NCBI GenBank assembly: GCA_017398545.1
Contig: JAFQFT010000048.1
Coordinates: forward strand, 2,418 to 66,417
DNA: 64,000 nucleotides
Direction: 5' to 3'
DNA from: Bacilli bacterium
Lineage (GTDB): Bacteria; Bacillota_I; Bacilli_A; ML615J-28; CAG-313
Positions 35,532 through 45,594 of the stretch are shown piece by piece (position 1 is the first letter of the stretch; each line of letters starts with the position of its first letter). The position numbers and the translations under genes are program-made. The notes under the pieces were generated by a model, which saw only the letters and a list, made by a program, of their open reading frames with translations, was not told the DNA's origin and ran no database searches.

Positions 35532-37787
35532 ATGAGAATTGCACTTGCTGGAAATCCCAATAGTGGAAAAACAACAATGTACAATGCACTTACTGGCCGT
35601 AATGAAAAAGTAGGTAACTGGGCTGGTGTAACTGTAGAAAAGAAAGAACATCAAATAAAAAAAGGATATTACAAAGGAAAAGAAGAAATCATTATTGTTG
35701 ATTTACCTGGCGCATACTCAATGAGCCCTTTCACGTCAGAAGAAAGTGTTACAAGTAAATATGTAAAAGAACAATCCCCAGATGTAATTATTAATATAGT
35801 TGACGCAACAAATCTTAGTCGTAGCCTATTTTTTACAACACAACTTTTAGAACTTGGTATTCCAGTTGTTGTTGCACTTAATAAAAGTGATTTAAATGAT
35901 AAAAAACATAATGAAGTAGACGCAAAGAAATTACAAGAACTACTTGGATGTCCAGTAGTTGAAACTGTATCTACATCTAAAAAAGGTTTAAGAACTTTAA
36001 TTGAAGAAGCAATAAAATTAATAGGTGCTAAACAAACCGCTCCTTATGTTGAAAGTAATGTAGATTTATCAGATAAAGAAAGTGTTGAACTTGCTGATAG
36101 AAAAAGATTTGAATTTGTTAATAATATTGTACAAACTGTAGAAACAAGAAAAACATTTACAAAAGAAAATAACGTTCAAGATAAGATTGATAAAGTATTA
36201 ACTAATAAATGGTTAGGAATACCTATTTTTGCGGTTGTAATGTTTTTAGTATTCTGGATTTCACAAGTAGGTCCAGGTGCTTGGATTGCAGAAGGTGTGG
36301 AAATCGGTGGAAAAGAAATTCCAGGTCTTGTAGGACTTTTAGAAATGTTCCAAGGTCTTGTTGCTGGTTGGTTAGAAAATGCTCATCCAGTAATTTCAGC
36401 TATTATTGTTGATGGTATTATTGGTGGTGTTGCTGCTGTTGTTGGATTCTTACCACTTGTAATGGTAATGTATTTCTTAATTGCTCTTTTAGAAGATTGT
36501 GGATATATGGCAAGAGTATCTGTTGTACTTGACCCAATCTTTAAAAAAGTAGGACTTTCTGGAAAAAGTGTTATTCCATTTGTTATTGGTACAGGATGTG
36601 CAATTCCTGGGGTAATGGCTTGTAGAACAATTAGAAATGAAAGAGAACGTCGTGCTACTGCAATTTTAGCTCCATTTATGCCATGTGGCGCAAAACTACC
36701 AGTTATTTCATTATTTACTGGTGCCTTCTTCTTTAACTCACAGTGGGTAGCTCCAATTATGTATTTTATTGGAATTGTAATCATTTTTGTTGGTGCACTA
36801 CTTATTAATTTACTTACTGGTTATCGAAAGAAAAAATCATTCTTTATTATAGAACTTCCTGAATATAAAGGACCAAGTCTAAAACGTGCTTTTGGTTCAA
36901 TGTGTCAAAGAGGTTGGAGTTATATTGTTAAAGCAGGAACAATTATTTTAGTATGTAACTTCGTTGTTCAATTAATGCTAACATTTACATTTAAATTCAC
37001 AATTATCGATTATGATGGAATCACAGAAAGTGGTACATCAGCTATTACTGAAGAGTACTTAAACTTATATGCGCACAAAGATTCAAGTGGAAATTACTAT
37101 ATGCTTGATGAAAATGAAGAATTAGTTGTTATTGAATCAGAAGATGATTTAGGAAATGCAATTTCATATGTTGGTGATGTTGTTTATACAGTGAATGATC
37201 ATCCTGCATTACAAAAAGATTGGGATAAGGTAAGTAATGAGTTACAAGCTGCTGCAGAAACTTCAATTTTAGCTAATATTGCAAAACCATTTGCATATAT
37301 ATTTGCTCCGATTACTGGTAATGAAAAATCATGGCAACTTGCTGCAGCTGCAATTACAGGCTTTATTGCAAAAGAAAACGTTGTAGGTACACTTGCAGTA
37401 TGTTATGGTACACCAAATAAAATAAATGCTGACTTCGAACTTATTGGTAATGGTTCTGAAACATTGTCTTCAGTAATGGGAATCAGTGCTGTTATTGCTC
37501 TTGCATATTTAATGTTTAACTTATTTACTCCACCATGCTTTGCTGCAATCGGTGCTATGAATTCAGAAATCAAGAGCAAAAAATGGTTATGGGGTGGAAT
37601 TGGATTCCAATTTGGAATGGGTTATTCAATTGCATTCTTAGTAGCATTCTTTGGTAATATTTTTACTAAATCTAACTTTGGTTCAATTTGGATGCCGATT
37701 TTAGGTTGGGCAATTACAATTCTTTTTGCAGGAATGTTAACATTCTTAATTATCAAAAGAGAAAAAGAAGATAAATTAATAAATTAA
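35532..37787 (+). CDS. feoB: ferrous iron transporter FeoB
   Basis: 751 aa. N-terminal G-domain (GNPNSGKTTMYNALTG, DLPG, NKSD) and a polytopic C-terminal permease. Confidence 0.95.
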   Translation: MRIALAGNPNSGKTTMYNALTGRNEKVGNWAGVTVEKKEHQIKKGYYKGKEEIIIVDLPGAYSMSPFTSEESVTSKYVKEQSPDVIINIVDATNLSRSLFFTTQLLELGIPVVVALNKSDLNDKKHNEVDAKKLQELLGCPVVETVSTSKKGLRTLIEEAIKLIGAKQTAPYVESNVDLSDKESVELADRKRFEFVNNIVQTVETRKTFTKENNVQDKIDKVLTNKWLGIPIFAVVMFLVFWISQVGPGAWIAEGVEIGGKEIPGLVGLLEMFQGLVAGWLENAHPVISAIIVDGIIGGVAAVVGFLPLVMVMYFLIALLEDCGYMARVSVVLDPIFKKVGLSGKSVIPFVIGTGCAIPGVMACRTIRNERERRATAILAPFMPCGAKLPVISLFTGAFFFNSQWVAPIMYFIGIVIIFVGALLINLLTGYRKKKSFFIIELPEYKGPSLKRAFGSMCQRGWSYIVKAGTIILVCNFVVQLMLTFTFKFTIIDYDGITESGTSAITEEYLNLYAHKDSSGNYYMLDENEELVVIESEDDLGNAISYVGDVVYTVNDHPALQKDWDKVSNELQAAAETSILANIAKPFAYIFAPITGNEKSWQLAAAAITGFIAKENVVGTLAVCYGTPNKINADFELIGNGSETLSSVMGISAVIALAYLMFNLFTPPCFAAIGAMNSEIKSKKWLWGGIGFQFGMGYSIAFLVAFFGNIFTKSNFGSIWMPILGWAITILFAGMLTFLIIKREKEDKLIN

Positions 37788-37807
37788 TAACATTAAGGAG
37801 GGATACT

Positions 37808-37978
37808 ATGAAACCGATAGATTTAATTATTATTGCAGTTATTGTTTTAATTATTGGTGCTGCAGTTCTTTATATAATTAAAGCTAAGAAAAGTGGACAA
37901 AAATGTGTAGGATGTCCATATAGTAAAACTTGTGGTAAGTCCTCTAAAAACTGTTCATGTCAAAAAGATCAAGACTAA
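37808..37978 (+). CDS. FeoB-associated Cys-rich membrane peptide
   Basis: 56-aa ORF absent from the track: MKPIDLIIIAVIVLIIGAAVLYIIKAKKSGQKCVGCPYSKTCGKSSKNCSCQKDQD. GGAGGG RBS, one TM helix and a Cys-rich tail. Confidence 0.65.
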   Translation: MKPIDLIIIAVIVLIIGAAVLYIIKAKKSGQKCVGCPYSKTCGKSSKNCSCQKDQD

Positions 37979-38000
37979 GGTTAATCCTTAGTCTTTTTTT
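37971..38000 (+). terminator. rho-independent terminator of the feo operon
   Basis: Stem AAGACTAAGG / CCTTAGTCTT, loop TTAAT, then TTTTT. Confidence 0.8.
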
Positions 38001-38056
38001 AATATATAAGTTGAAAAAAATAAGTTAGTATGATAAATTATATGTAGGTGATAATT

Positions 38057-38416
38057 ATGAAATATCGTGAATCAGAAGAAATGTATTTAGAAACAATTTT
38101 ATTATTAAAAGAAAAACTACCAGTAATTAGATCGATTGATATTGCTAATGAATTAAATTATTCTCGTGCAAGTGTATCAAGAGCAGTAAATTTATTAAAA
38201 GAAAAAGGATATATTACAATTGAAAATGCTATAATTGAATTTACTCCTAAAGGGTTTACTGTAGCACATGAAATTTATGAACGTCACGAAACTATTACAA
38301 AAGTACTTGCTAAAATAGGAGTTCCACTTGATACTGCAGAAGATAATGCTTGTAGAATAGAACACGTAATAACTCCTGAATTACTAGAATATTTTAAAAA
38401 ATTTATAGATGAATAA
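38057..38416 (+). CDS. DtxR/MntR-family metal-dependent transcriptional repressor (short form)
   Basis: Start moved to ATG 38057 (AGGTG RBS). MKYRESEEMYLETILLL...IANELNYSRASVSRAVNLLKEKGYI...ERHETITKVL...AEDNACRIEHVITPE. Has the winged HTH plus metal-binding/dimerisation helices and no SH3-like tail. Confidence 0.8.
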   Translation: MKYRESEEMYLETILLLKEKLPVIRSIDIANELNYSRASVSRAVNLLKEKGYITIENAIIEFTPKGFTVAHEIYERHETITKVLAKIGVPLDTAEDNACRIEHVITPELLEYFKKFIDE

Positions 38417-38452
38417 AAAACAGCAGATATTATATTTGCTGTTTTAATTTTT
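38417..38452 (+). terminator. rho-independent terminator after the repressor gene
   Basis: Stem AAAACAGCA / TGCTGTTTT with an 11-nt loop. Confidence 0.6.
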
Positions 38453-38486
38453 ATAAAAGAATCATACAATTAATAATGGTGATAAA

Positions 38487-39425
38487 ATGAAAAATAAAAT
38501 ATTAGAACTATCAAAATATATTGGAAATACTAAAATAATAAAAGCTAATAATTTAATAAAAAAATATAATCTAAAAAGTAATCTTTATCTAAAGATAGAA
38601 TCATCTAACTATAGTGGTTCAATAAAAGATAGACTTGTTTACTATATTATTAAAGATGCTATCGAAAAAGATATTATTAATAAAAATACAATTATTCTTG
38701 AAGCAACATCTGGTAATACTGGTATAAGCATTGCTGCAATATCTAATTATCTTGGAATTAAATGTATAATTGTAATGCCAGAAACTGTAAGTATAGAAAG
38801 AATAAAAATATTAGAAAAATACGATGCAGAAGTTATATTAACACCTAGTGAAGAAGGCATGAGTGGGTGTATAAGTAAGGTAGAAGAATTAAAAAAAATA
38901 TATGATAATCATTTTACTTTAGATCAATTTAATAATCCTTTAGGAGTTTTAGCACATTATTATACAACAGGTAAAGAGATATATAATGATTTAAAAACGC
39001 TAGATATATTTGTATGTGGCATTGGAACGGGAACTACATTTACGGGGTGTTGTAAATATTTGAAAGAAAAGAATAAAGATATATATTGTGTAGGAGTTGA
39101 ACCATTTGAATCAAATGTATTAAAAGGTAATAACAAAAGCTCTCATCTAATAGAAGGGATTGGGGCAGGGTTTATCCCGAAAGTATTAGATGTTTCTTTG
39201 TTAGATGAAGTTATTGATATAAAAAGTCTTGATGCATATAAATATACAAATATATTATATAAAGAAGAAAATTTAAAATGTGGAATATCAAGTGGGGCAG
39301 CACTTTTTGCTGGAATTAATTTATGTAAGAAATATACTGATAAAAATATATTAGTAATTCTTCCAGATGATGGTAATAGATATATATCAAAGGGGGTATT
39401 TGATGAAGGATTTAAAATTAATTGA
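38487..39425 (+). CDS. cysK: cysteine synthase (O-acetylserine sulfhydrylase)
   Basis: 312 aa. PLP-lysine motif SGSIKDR, EATSGNTGISIA and GIGTGTTFTG. Confidence 0.85.
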   Translation: MKNKILELSKYIGNTKIIKANNLIKKYNLKSNLYLKIESSNYSGSIKDRLVYYIIKDAIEKDIINKNTIILEATSGNTGISIAAISNYLGIKCIIVMPETVSIERIKILEKYDAEVILTPSEEGMSGCISKVEELKKIYDNHFTLDQFNNPLGVLAHYYTTGKEIYNDLKTLDIFVCGIGTGTTFTGCCKYLKEKNKDIYCVGVEPFESNVLKGNNKSSHLIEGIGAGFIPKVLDVSLLDEVIDIKSLDAYKYTNILYKEENLKCGISSGAALFAGINLCKKYTDKNILVILPDDGNRYISKGVFDEGFKIN

Positions 39426-40137
39426 AACTAAATTAAATGAAATAGATAATAAGTATGTGGATTTAACAAATATAAATAAAAATAATATAATCGAGTTTAT
39501 AAATGAATTAAAAGCACTTTTATTTCCTAAAGTATTAAAAAGAAATCTATCAATAAAAAGACTATATATAGAACTTTATGAAATATTAAATGGAATTGGT
39601 GTAGAAGAAGTTGAAAGTATAACAAATCATTTCTTTGATAATATTATTGATATAAAAAGTATATTAATAAAAGATGTGTTAACTTTTGTTGAAAAAGATC
39701 CTGCTTGTAAAAATAGTAGTGAAGTAGTGTTTTCTTATAATAGTTTTCATGCAATATTTATATATCGTGTTGCACATTTATTAAACGAATTAAATATAGA
39801 AGTATTACCAAGATTTTTAACAGAATATGCTCATTCTATAACGGGAATAGATATTCATCCTGGATGCAGTATTGGAGAAAACTTCTTTATTGACCATGGA
39901 ACTGGTATTGTAATAGGAGAAACAACAATTATAGGAGATAATGTATCTTTATATCAAGGAGTAACTCTTGGTGCAAAATCATTAAAAGATGCACCTTTAT
40001 TAAGAGGAAAGAAACGTCATCCAACAATTTCTAATAATGTAGTAATTTATGCTAACACCACTATTCTTGGTGGAGATACAATAATTAAAGAAAATAGTGT
40101 AATCCCAGGTAATTCATTTATAACTAAAAGTAATTAA
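39403..40137 (+). CDS. cysE: serine O-acetyltransferase
   Basis: Start moved to ATG 39403 (AGGGGG RBS); overlaps the cysK end. Hexapeptide-repeat core IDIHPGCSIGENFFIDHGTGIVIGETTIIGDNVSLYQGVTLG. Confidence 0.8.
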   Translation: MKDLKLIETKLNEIDNKYVDLTNINKNNIIEFINELKALLFPKVLKRNLSIKRLYIELYEILNGIGVEEVESITNHFFDNIIDIKSILIKDVLTFVEKDPACKNSSEVVFSYNSFHAIFIYRVAHLLNELNIEVLPRFLTEYAHSITGIDIHPGCSIGENFFIDHGTGIVIGETTIIGDNVSLYQGVTLGAKSLKDAPLLRGKKRHPTISNNVVIYANTTILGGDTIIKENSVIPGNSFITKSN

Positions 40138-40251
40138 ATAAGAAAAGTGTATTTTATGAAGGTGTAAATTTAAGGAAAAGTGTAAAAAATAAGAAAATTA
40201 AATTAAATTTAGTATAATAATTGTATATATAATGAATAGAGGAATTATAAA

Positions 40252-40695
40252 ATGAAATTTAGACCATTTAATCATACAGTAAGTATATTAGCATTTAAAA
40301 AAGAAAAAGAAATTTATGCAGCAACATATGCATGGTTTTCTCAAGTAGGAGAAAGCGAAGTAGTAGGCCTTCTTGGTGATCAAAGTGTTACTACACATAA
40401 TTTAAAAATAGGCGATTTTTGTGGTATTTCTGTATGTTCTAAAGAACAAAAAGATGTAGCTTTATATATTGGAGATACACATTCTAATGAAGTAGATAAA
40501 CTTTTAGGACTTCCTTATTTTGTTGATTCAACAGGAGCAATTACTTTAAAAGGATCTAAGTGTACCATGATTGCAGAAGTTGTGGATATTATTCATTTAA
40601 AAGGTATTGAAGCAGATTCTTTAGTATATTTTAAAATTCATGAATATCATGAAAATGAAAAACTTGAACATTTATTAATGAGTGATATTAGATAA
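40252..40695 (+). CDS. flavin reductase-like domain protein
   Basis: 147 aa. The pattern F.G.SV.S.EQ..VA..IG....NEVDK..G......TGA..L.GS....AEVV resembles the Flavin_Reduct fold. Assignment is by pattern memory only. Confidence 0.5.
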   Translation: MKFRPFNHTVSILAFKKEKEIYAATYAWFSQVGESEVVGLLGDQSVTTHNLKIGDFCGISVCSKEQKDVALYIGDTHSNEVDKLLGLPYFVDSTGAITLKGSKCTMIAEVVDIIHLKGIEADSLVYFKIHEYHENEKLEHLLMSDIR

Positions 40696-40719
40696 AAACA
40701 ACCTTAAGGGTTGTTTTTT
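40696..40719 (+). terminator. rho-independent terminator
   Basis: Stem AAACAACC / GGTTGTTT, loop TTAAG, then a T-run. Confidence 0.65.
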
Positions 40720-40775
40720 CTTTTGATAATGATGTGTAATTATGTTTTATTATCTATATCGTTAAAACGAGGAGG

Positions 40776-40931
40776 ATAAAGATAAAAAAAATAATTTATC
40801 ATGGATCTAAAGAAATAATTAAGAAACTAAAAAAAGAAAAAGGTAAAATTAACAATGATTATGGACAAGGTTTTTATTTTACTTTTGATATTGACCTTGC
40901 TATTACACTTGGAGTAAGTGTGGATGATTAA
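40776..40931 (+). pseudogene. truncated DUF3990-like gene remnant
   Basis: A GGAGG RBS is followed by the frame IKIKKIIYHGSKEIIKKLKKEKGKINNDYGQGFYFTFDIDLAITLGVSVDD-stop. The YHGS...DYG.GFY.T...LA pattern is the N-terminus of DUF3990 proteins. There is no ATG/GTG/TTG start, and it stops after about 50 aa. Confidence 0.45.
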
Positions 40932-41055
40932 TTAGAATTGCCGACTTAAATTTAAAACTATTATAAAACATATAAAAAAATTGTTACATATTTCTATTTA
41001 TTTGAGAAAAATGAAATAATATGTTATACTATTAAAAAATGAGGAGATTTTTTAT

Positions 41056-42759
41056 ATGGTAGGATACTGGATAGAAACTGTTATTTTTATGGTTGCATCG
41101 ATAGGTGCATTATTACTTGGATTTGAATTGTTAAGTTCCAATATTACAAAACTATGTCATTCTGGGTTAAAGAAATTATTTAACAAGACACAAAATAAAG
41201 CAATTATTGGTGTTGGTATTGGTGCTATTGCAACAGCTATTATGCAATCATCTGGTGCTACAACAGTAATGGTAGTAGGTTTTGTTAATACAGGACTTAT
41301 TAATCTTGCGCAAGCTACAGCTTTAATTATGGGTGCTAATATTGGTACAACTATTACAGCACAACTTGCAGCTTTAAGTTCATTTGATTTTGGTGCCTAT
41401 GCAATTTTAACTGCAGGTGTTGGTGCATTTGTAACTATGCTTGGCAAAAAAGATAAAACTAAAACAATTGGTAATGCATTAACAGGTTTTGGTATCCTAT
41501 TCCTAGGCTTAGAATGTATGAGTCTTGCGATTAAAAATCCTGATAATGCTGGTAATTTAGTTGTATATGATACAATTAAATCTATATTACAAAATGTTAA
41601 TGGAACTGGTGCTTGGATTATTTTATTCTTACTTGGTATTGTACTTACTGCCGCAGTTCAATCATCATCATTAATTACTACTATTATTATTCAACTTGTA
41701 GGTGCTGGTATTTATATTGGTGCAGGTGATGATGCTACTTGTCTTACTAATAACGTTTTATTCTTAATATTAGGTTCTAATATTGGTTCTTGTGTAACTG
41801 CGCTTATTTCTTCAATGGGAGCAGGAACAAACGCAAAACGTGCTAGTATAATTCATTTATTATTTAATTCCTTTGGGGCAATTGTATTTGCGGTATTATT
41901 ACTATTATGGCCTAACTTTATGGAAGTTACATTTGTTAAGTGGTTTAAAGGTGAATCGACTCAAATTGCGATGTTCCACACATTCTTTAATGTACTTTGT
42001 ACTTTAATATTCTTACCATTTATTAATGTATTTGTTAAATCTTCTACAGCTCTTGTTCGTGAGAAAGCTACTAAGAAAGAAGAACATCGTTTAGTTTATC
42101 TTGATGAACGTATCTTAACTACCCCTTCTATTGCAGTTCATCAAGTAAGAAAAGAACTTGCTCTTATGTATTCTAAATCAGTTAATGCACTTAATGTTGC
42201 AGTTGATGCTTTTATGATTAAAGATGAAGAAAAACGAGAAGAAGTAGATGCAGTAATTGAAGAATTAGAAATAACTAATAAATTAATTATTGAATTCATG
42301 GTTAAAATTACAAATCAAAATATTGCATTAGAAGATGAATGTACATTATCAAGTTTCCATAGAACTTTGAATGATATCTTACGTATTGCAGAAATTGGTG
42401 ATAATATTTGTAAATATACTAAATCAATGGTTAAACATGAACTTGAATTCTCATCAAATGTAATGGTTCAACTTGGTTTTATGAAAAACAAAATTAATGA
42501 TTTATATGCTCAAACAGATGAAATCTTTATGACTAAGAATTTGAAAAAAATGCATATTGCAGATGCTATTGAAGAAGAAATTGACCAAATGAGAAAATAC
42601 TTAATTGATGATCATTTTGATAGATTAAACAGAGGTGAATGTAAACCACAAAATAGTGGCGTATTTGTTAACTTAGTTAATAACTTAGAACGTGCTGCTG
42701 ACCATATGATCTATATAGCATACTCTGTAAAGGAAGCTGCTGAACAATTTAAAAATTAA
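41056..42759 (+). CDS. Na/Pi cotransporter family protein with C-terminal PhoU-like domain
   Basis: 567 aa. Has the duplicated QSSGATTVM and QSSSLITTIIIQL motifs and a helical PhoU-like tail. Confidence 0.85.
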   Translation: MVGYWIETVIFMVASIGALLLGFELLSSNITKLCHSGLKKLFNKTQNKAIIGVGIGAIATAIMQSSGATTVMVVGFVNTGLINLAQATALIMGANIGTTITAQLAALSSFDFGAYAILTAGVGAFVTMLGKKDKTKTIGNALTGFGILFLGLECMSLAIKNPDNAGNLVVYDTIKSILQNVNGTGAWIILFLLGIVLTAAVQSSSLITTIIIQLVGAGIYIGAGDDATCLTNNVLFLILGSNIGSCVTALISSMGAGTNAKRASIIHLLFNSFGAIVFAVLLLLWPNFMEVTFVKWFKGESTQIAMFHTFFNVLCTLIFLPFINVFVKSSTALVREKATKKEEHRLVYLDERILTTPSIAVHQVRKELALMYSKSVNALNVAVDAFMIKDEEKREEVDAVIEELEITNKLIIEFMVKITNQNIALEDECTLSSFHRTLNDILRIAEIGDNICKYTKSMVKHELEFSSNVMVQLGFMKNKINDLYAQTDEIFMTKNLKKMHIADAIEEEIDQMRKYLIDDHFDRLNRGECKPQNSGVFVNLVNNLERAADHMIYIAYSVKEAAEQFKN

Positions 42760-42762
42760 CAA

Positions 42763-42810
42763 ATAAGAAGTAGAAAGCGAATAGGTTCGTTATCTACTTC
42801 TTATTTTTTC
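42763..42810 (+). terminator. rho-independent terminator
   Basis: 12-bp stem ATAAGAAGTAGA / TCTACTTCTTAT, then TTTTTT. Confidence 0.8.
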
Positions 42811-42966
42811 TATGTAGGAAATAATTAATTGTGAAAAATAGAATTTTTATTTAAAAATATATGATAGTATAAAACACTAAAAAAACAAAAAAACGAATGT
42901 AATCGCTTACATTTACAAAAAATAAGAAAAAATGTTTAAATAAAAACGTTTTCAGTAAGCAAATAG

Positions 42967-42994
42967 TTGACTTTTTTGTAGAATGTGGTATACT
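42967..42994 (+). promoter_or_regulatory. sigma-A-type promoter of the opp operon (extended -10)
   Basis: TTGACT (42967-42972), 16-nt spacer ending in TGg, TATACT (42989-42994). Confidence 0.6.
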
Positions 42995-43063
42995 ATTAAC
43001 ATAAAATCTTATTATTAACTTAAGGTAAGATGTTTATAAATAAAATTAAAGGAGAAGAAAACT

Positions 43064-45562
43064 ATGAAATTTGGAAAAAAATTATTATTAGTTGTTGCTG
43101 CTTTTCTTGTTTTAGTTGCTGCAGGTTGTGTTGGTCCTCAACCAGAACCAGATAAAGAACCTGACACATATACATATAAGAGCTGGACAACTGCATTAGG
43201 ATCAAACTGGAACCCACATGCTTGGGAAACTAATGCTGATGATGCTATTTTAAGCTATATCTCAAGTCCTTTTATGACAATGTCAATCAAAGACTCTAAA
43301 GAAGGTGTTTACCAATGGGTTTATGAAATGGCTACTGAAGTTGTAGATACAACTAAAGAAAATTATAAAGACTTAGAAAAATATGGATCACAATTACCAG
43401 AAGGCGAAACTGCTGCAGATCAAACTGCTGGTTATGTATTTGATATTAAATTAAATCCTGAAGCTAAATGGGAAAATGGTGATAAGATTACTGCTGATGA
43501 TTATGTAGAATCAATGAAGAGATTACTAGATCCAAAAATGAAGAATTACCGTGCTAACTTATACTATGCTGGTGAATCTGCAATCGCTGGTGCTTTAGAA
43601 TATTATAACTCTGAATCTCCAATTTATGATCTTGCTATTAATCTAGATACTGAAGAAATTGCTGCTGCTGATCAATATTACATTAATCTAAACGCTGCAT
43701 GGGCTTTAAGTTCATCTTATTCAATCACTACATTATATGAAATGGGTTATATCTATGATTCACAAGATGATCCTGAAACAGAAGAAGTAGAAGAAACTGC
43801 TTATGGTGAAACTTATTATACTGAATTACTTGAACAAAAGAATGCTTATGGTTATGTTCCAGTTACTGAAGAAAACCAAGAAAAAGTTGCTTATGTTATT
43901 AATCAATTCTTAGCTGCTTTTGGTGAATCTGCTTATAATGAAGATGGTTCACTTGGTGTTTATTATTGGACACTAGTATACTATGTTAGTGGCATTGGTG
44001 AAAAAGTTGAATATGATTCAGTTGGTTTATACAAAGTTGATGATTATACAATCCGTTATGTATTAAAAACTTACCAAGATGTTAACTACTTCTATACTTC
44101 ACTTACTTCTACTTGGTTAGTAAATATTGAATTATATGATGCTGGTTTAGATACTTCTGGTGAACTTGTAACTACAGATTATGGTACTTCTAAGAGAACT
44201 ACAATGTCTTATGGTGTTTATAAACTTGATTCATTACAAGAAGGTAAACAAATCGTATTTACTCAAAATGAAGAATGGTATGGATTTGAAAAATTAGAAG
44301 ATGGTTCTTTATATTCTGAAACTAATTTCTTAGTTGATGGTAAAAAAGTTCAACAATATCAAACTAATAAGATTGTTATTGACGTTATGGATGAAGCTAC
44401 TGCAAAACAACAATTCTTCGTTGGTGAATTAACAGATTACTCTCCAAATGCTGATGAATTATCAAGCTTTACTTTAAGTGATCAATTATATAAAGTTGAT
44501 GAAACTTATACAATGAGTTTCTTCTTCAATACAAATCTTGCAATGTTAAAGACTATGGATGAATCAAAAGGTAATACTAACTCTGTTGTTTTATCTAATA
44601 CTAACTTCCGTAAAGCATTCAGTTTAGCTATTGATAGAGCTGAATTTGTTACTGCTACTGCTGGTTACAAACCTGCTTACTCATTAATGAATGACTTATA
44701 CTTCTACGATGTATATAATGATCCTACTTCAAAATATAGAGCTACTGATGAAGCAATGCAAGCTGTAGTTAACCTATATGGTGTTAAATATGGTGAAGGT
44801 GAAATCTATGCTACATTAGAAGAAGCTTACAAATCAATTTCTGGTTACAACTTAACTGAAGCTAAAGCATTAATGGCTGAAGCATTGAAAGAATTAACTG
44901 AAGCTGGTTTATATAAAGCTGGTGAAAATATTCACATCCGTATTGGTTGGGCTAAAGGTGCTTTAACATCTGATGATAATGCACAACTTGCATTAATGAA
45001 CAAATATATCAACGCTGCTGCTAAAGAAGCTGGATTTGGTGAAATTACATTAGAAGCTATTGGTAATATTAACAATCGTTATGCTGACGTTCCTAAAGGT
45101 GAATACGCAATCGGTTATGGTGCATGGGGTGGAGCTGCATTCTATCCATTCAGAAACTTCCAAGTTTATATGGATCCAGATCAATATGACATCAATGAAG
45201 CTGCTAACTGGGATCCAACTACTGAGGAATTAACATTAACAGTTAACGGTGAAGAATACACTATGACTTACCAAGCATGGTCTAACTCAATGATGGGTAC
45301 TGGTCAATTTGCAGCTGCTGATTTCGAAACTAAACTTGCAATTACTGCTCAATTAGAAGAAATTTACTTAAAATTCTATTATAGAATTCCTCTATGTGCA
45401 ACAACTGTATGTACATTATTATCTTACCAAGTTAAATACTACACTGAAGATTATAATATTATGTACGGTTTCGGTGGTTTAAGACTTATGACTTATAACT
45501 ACTCAGATGCTGCTTGGGCTGACTTCGTTGAAGAACAAGGCGGAACTCTAACTTATAACTAA
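43064..45562 (+). CDS. oppA: oligopeptide ABC transporter substrate-binding lipoprotein (family 5), enlarged
   Basis: 832 aa. Lipobox LVLVAAGC. SBP_bac_5-like core (KWENGDKITADDYVESMKRLLDP). First gene of the opp operon. Confidence 0.75.
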   Translation: MKFGKKLLLVVAAFLVLVAAGCVGPQPEPDKEPDTYTYKSWTTALGSNWNPHAWETNADDAILSYISSPFMTMSIKDSKEGVYQWVYEMATEVVDTTKENYKDLEKYGSQLPEGETAADQTAGYVFDIKLNPEAKWENGDKITADDYVESMKRLLDPKMKNYRANLYYAGESAIAGALEYYNSESPIYDLAINLDTEEIAAADQYYINLNAAWALSSSYSITTLYEMGYIYDSQDDPETEEVEETAYGETYYTELLEQKNAYGYVPVTEENQEKVAYVINQFLAAFGESAYNEDGSLGVYYWTLVYYVSGIGEKVEYDSVGLYKVDDYTIRYVLKTYQDVNYFYTSLTSTWLVNIELYDAGLDTSGELVTTDYGTSKRTTMSYGVYKLDSLQEGKQIVFTQNEEWYGFEKLEDGSLYSETNFLVDGKKVQQYQTNKIVIDVMDEATAKQQFFVGELTDYSPNADELSSFTLSDQLYKVDETYTMSFFFNTNLAMLKTMDESKGNTNSVVLSNTNFRKAFSLAIDRAEFVTATAGYKPAYSLMNDLYFYDVYNDPTSKYRATDEAMQAVVNLYGVKYGEGEIYATLEEAYKSISGYNLTEAKALMAEALKELTEAGLYKAGENIHIRIGWAKGALTSDDNAQLALMNKYINAAAKEAGFGEITLEAIGNINNRYADVPKGEYAIGYGAWGGAAFYPFRNFQVYMDPDQYDINEAANWDPTTEELTLTVNGEEYTMTYQAWSNSMMGTGQFAAADFETKLAITAQLEEIYLKFYYRIPLCATTVCTLLSYQVKYYTEDYNIMYGFGGLRLMTYNYSDAAWADFVEEQGGTLTYN

Positions 45563-45594
45563 TATTTAATTGGTTATTCAATAGATTAGATTTT

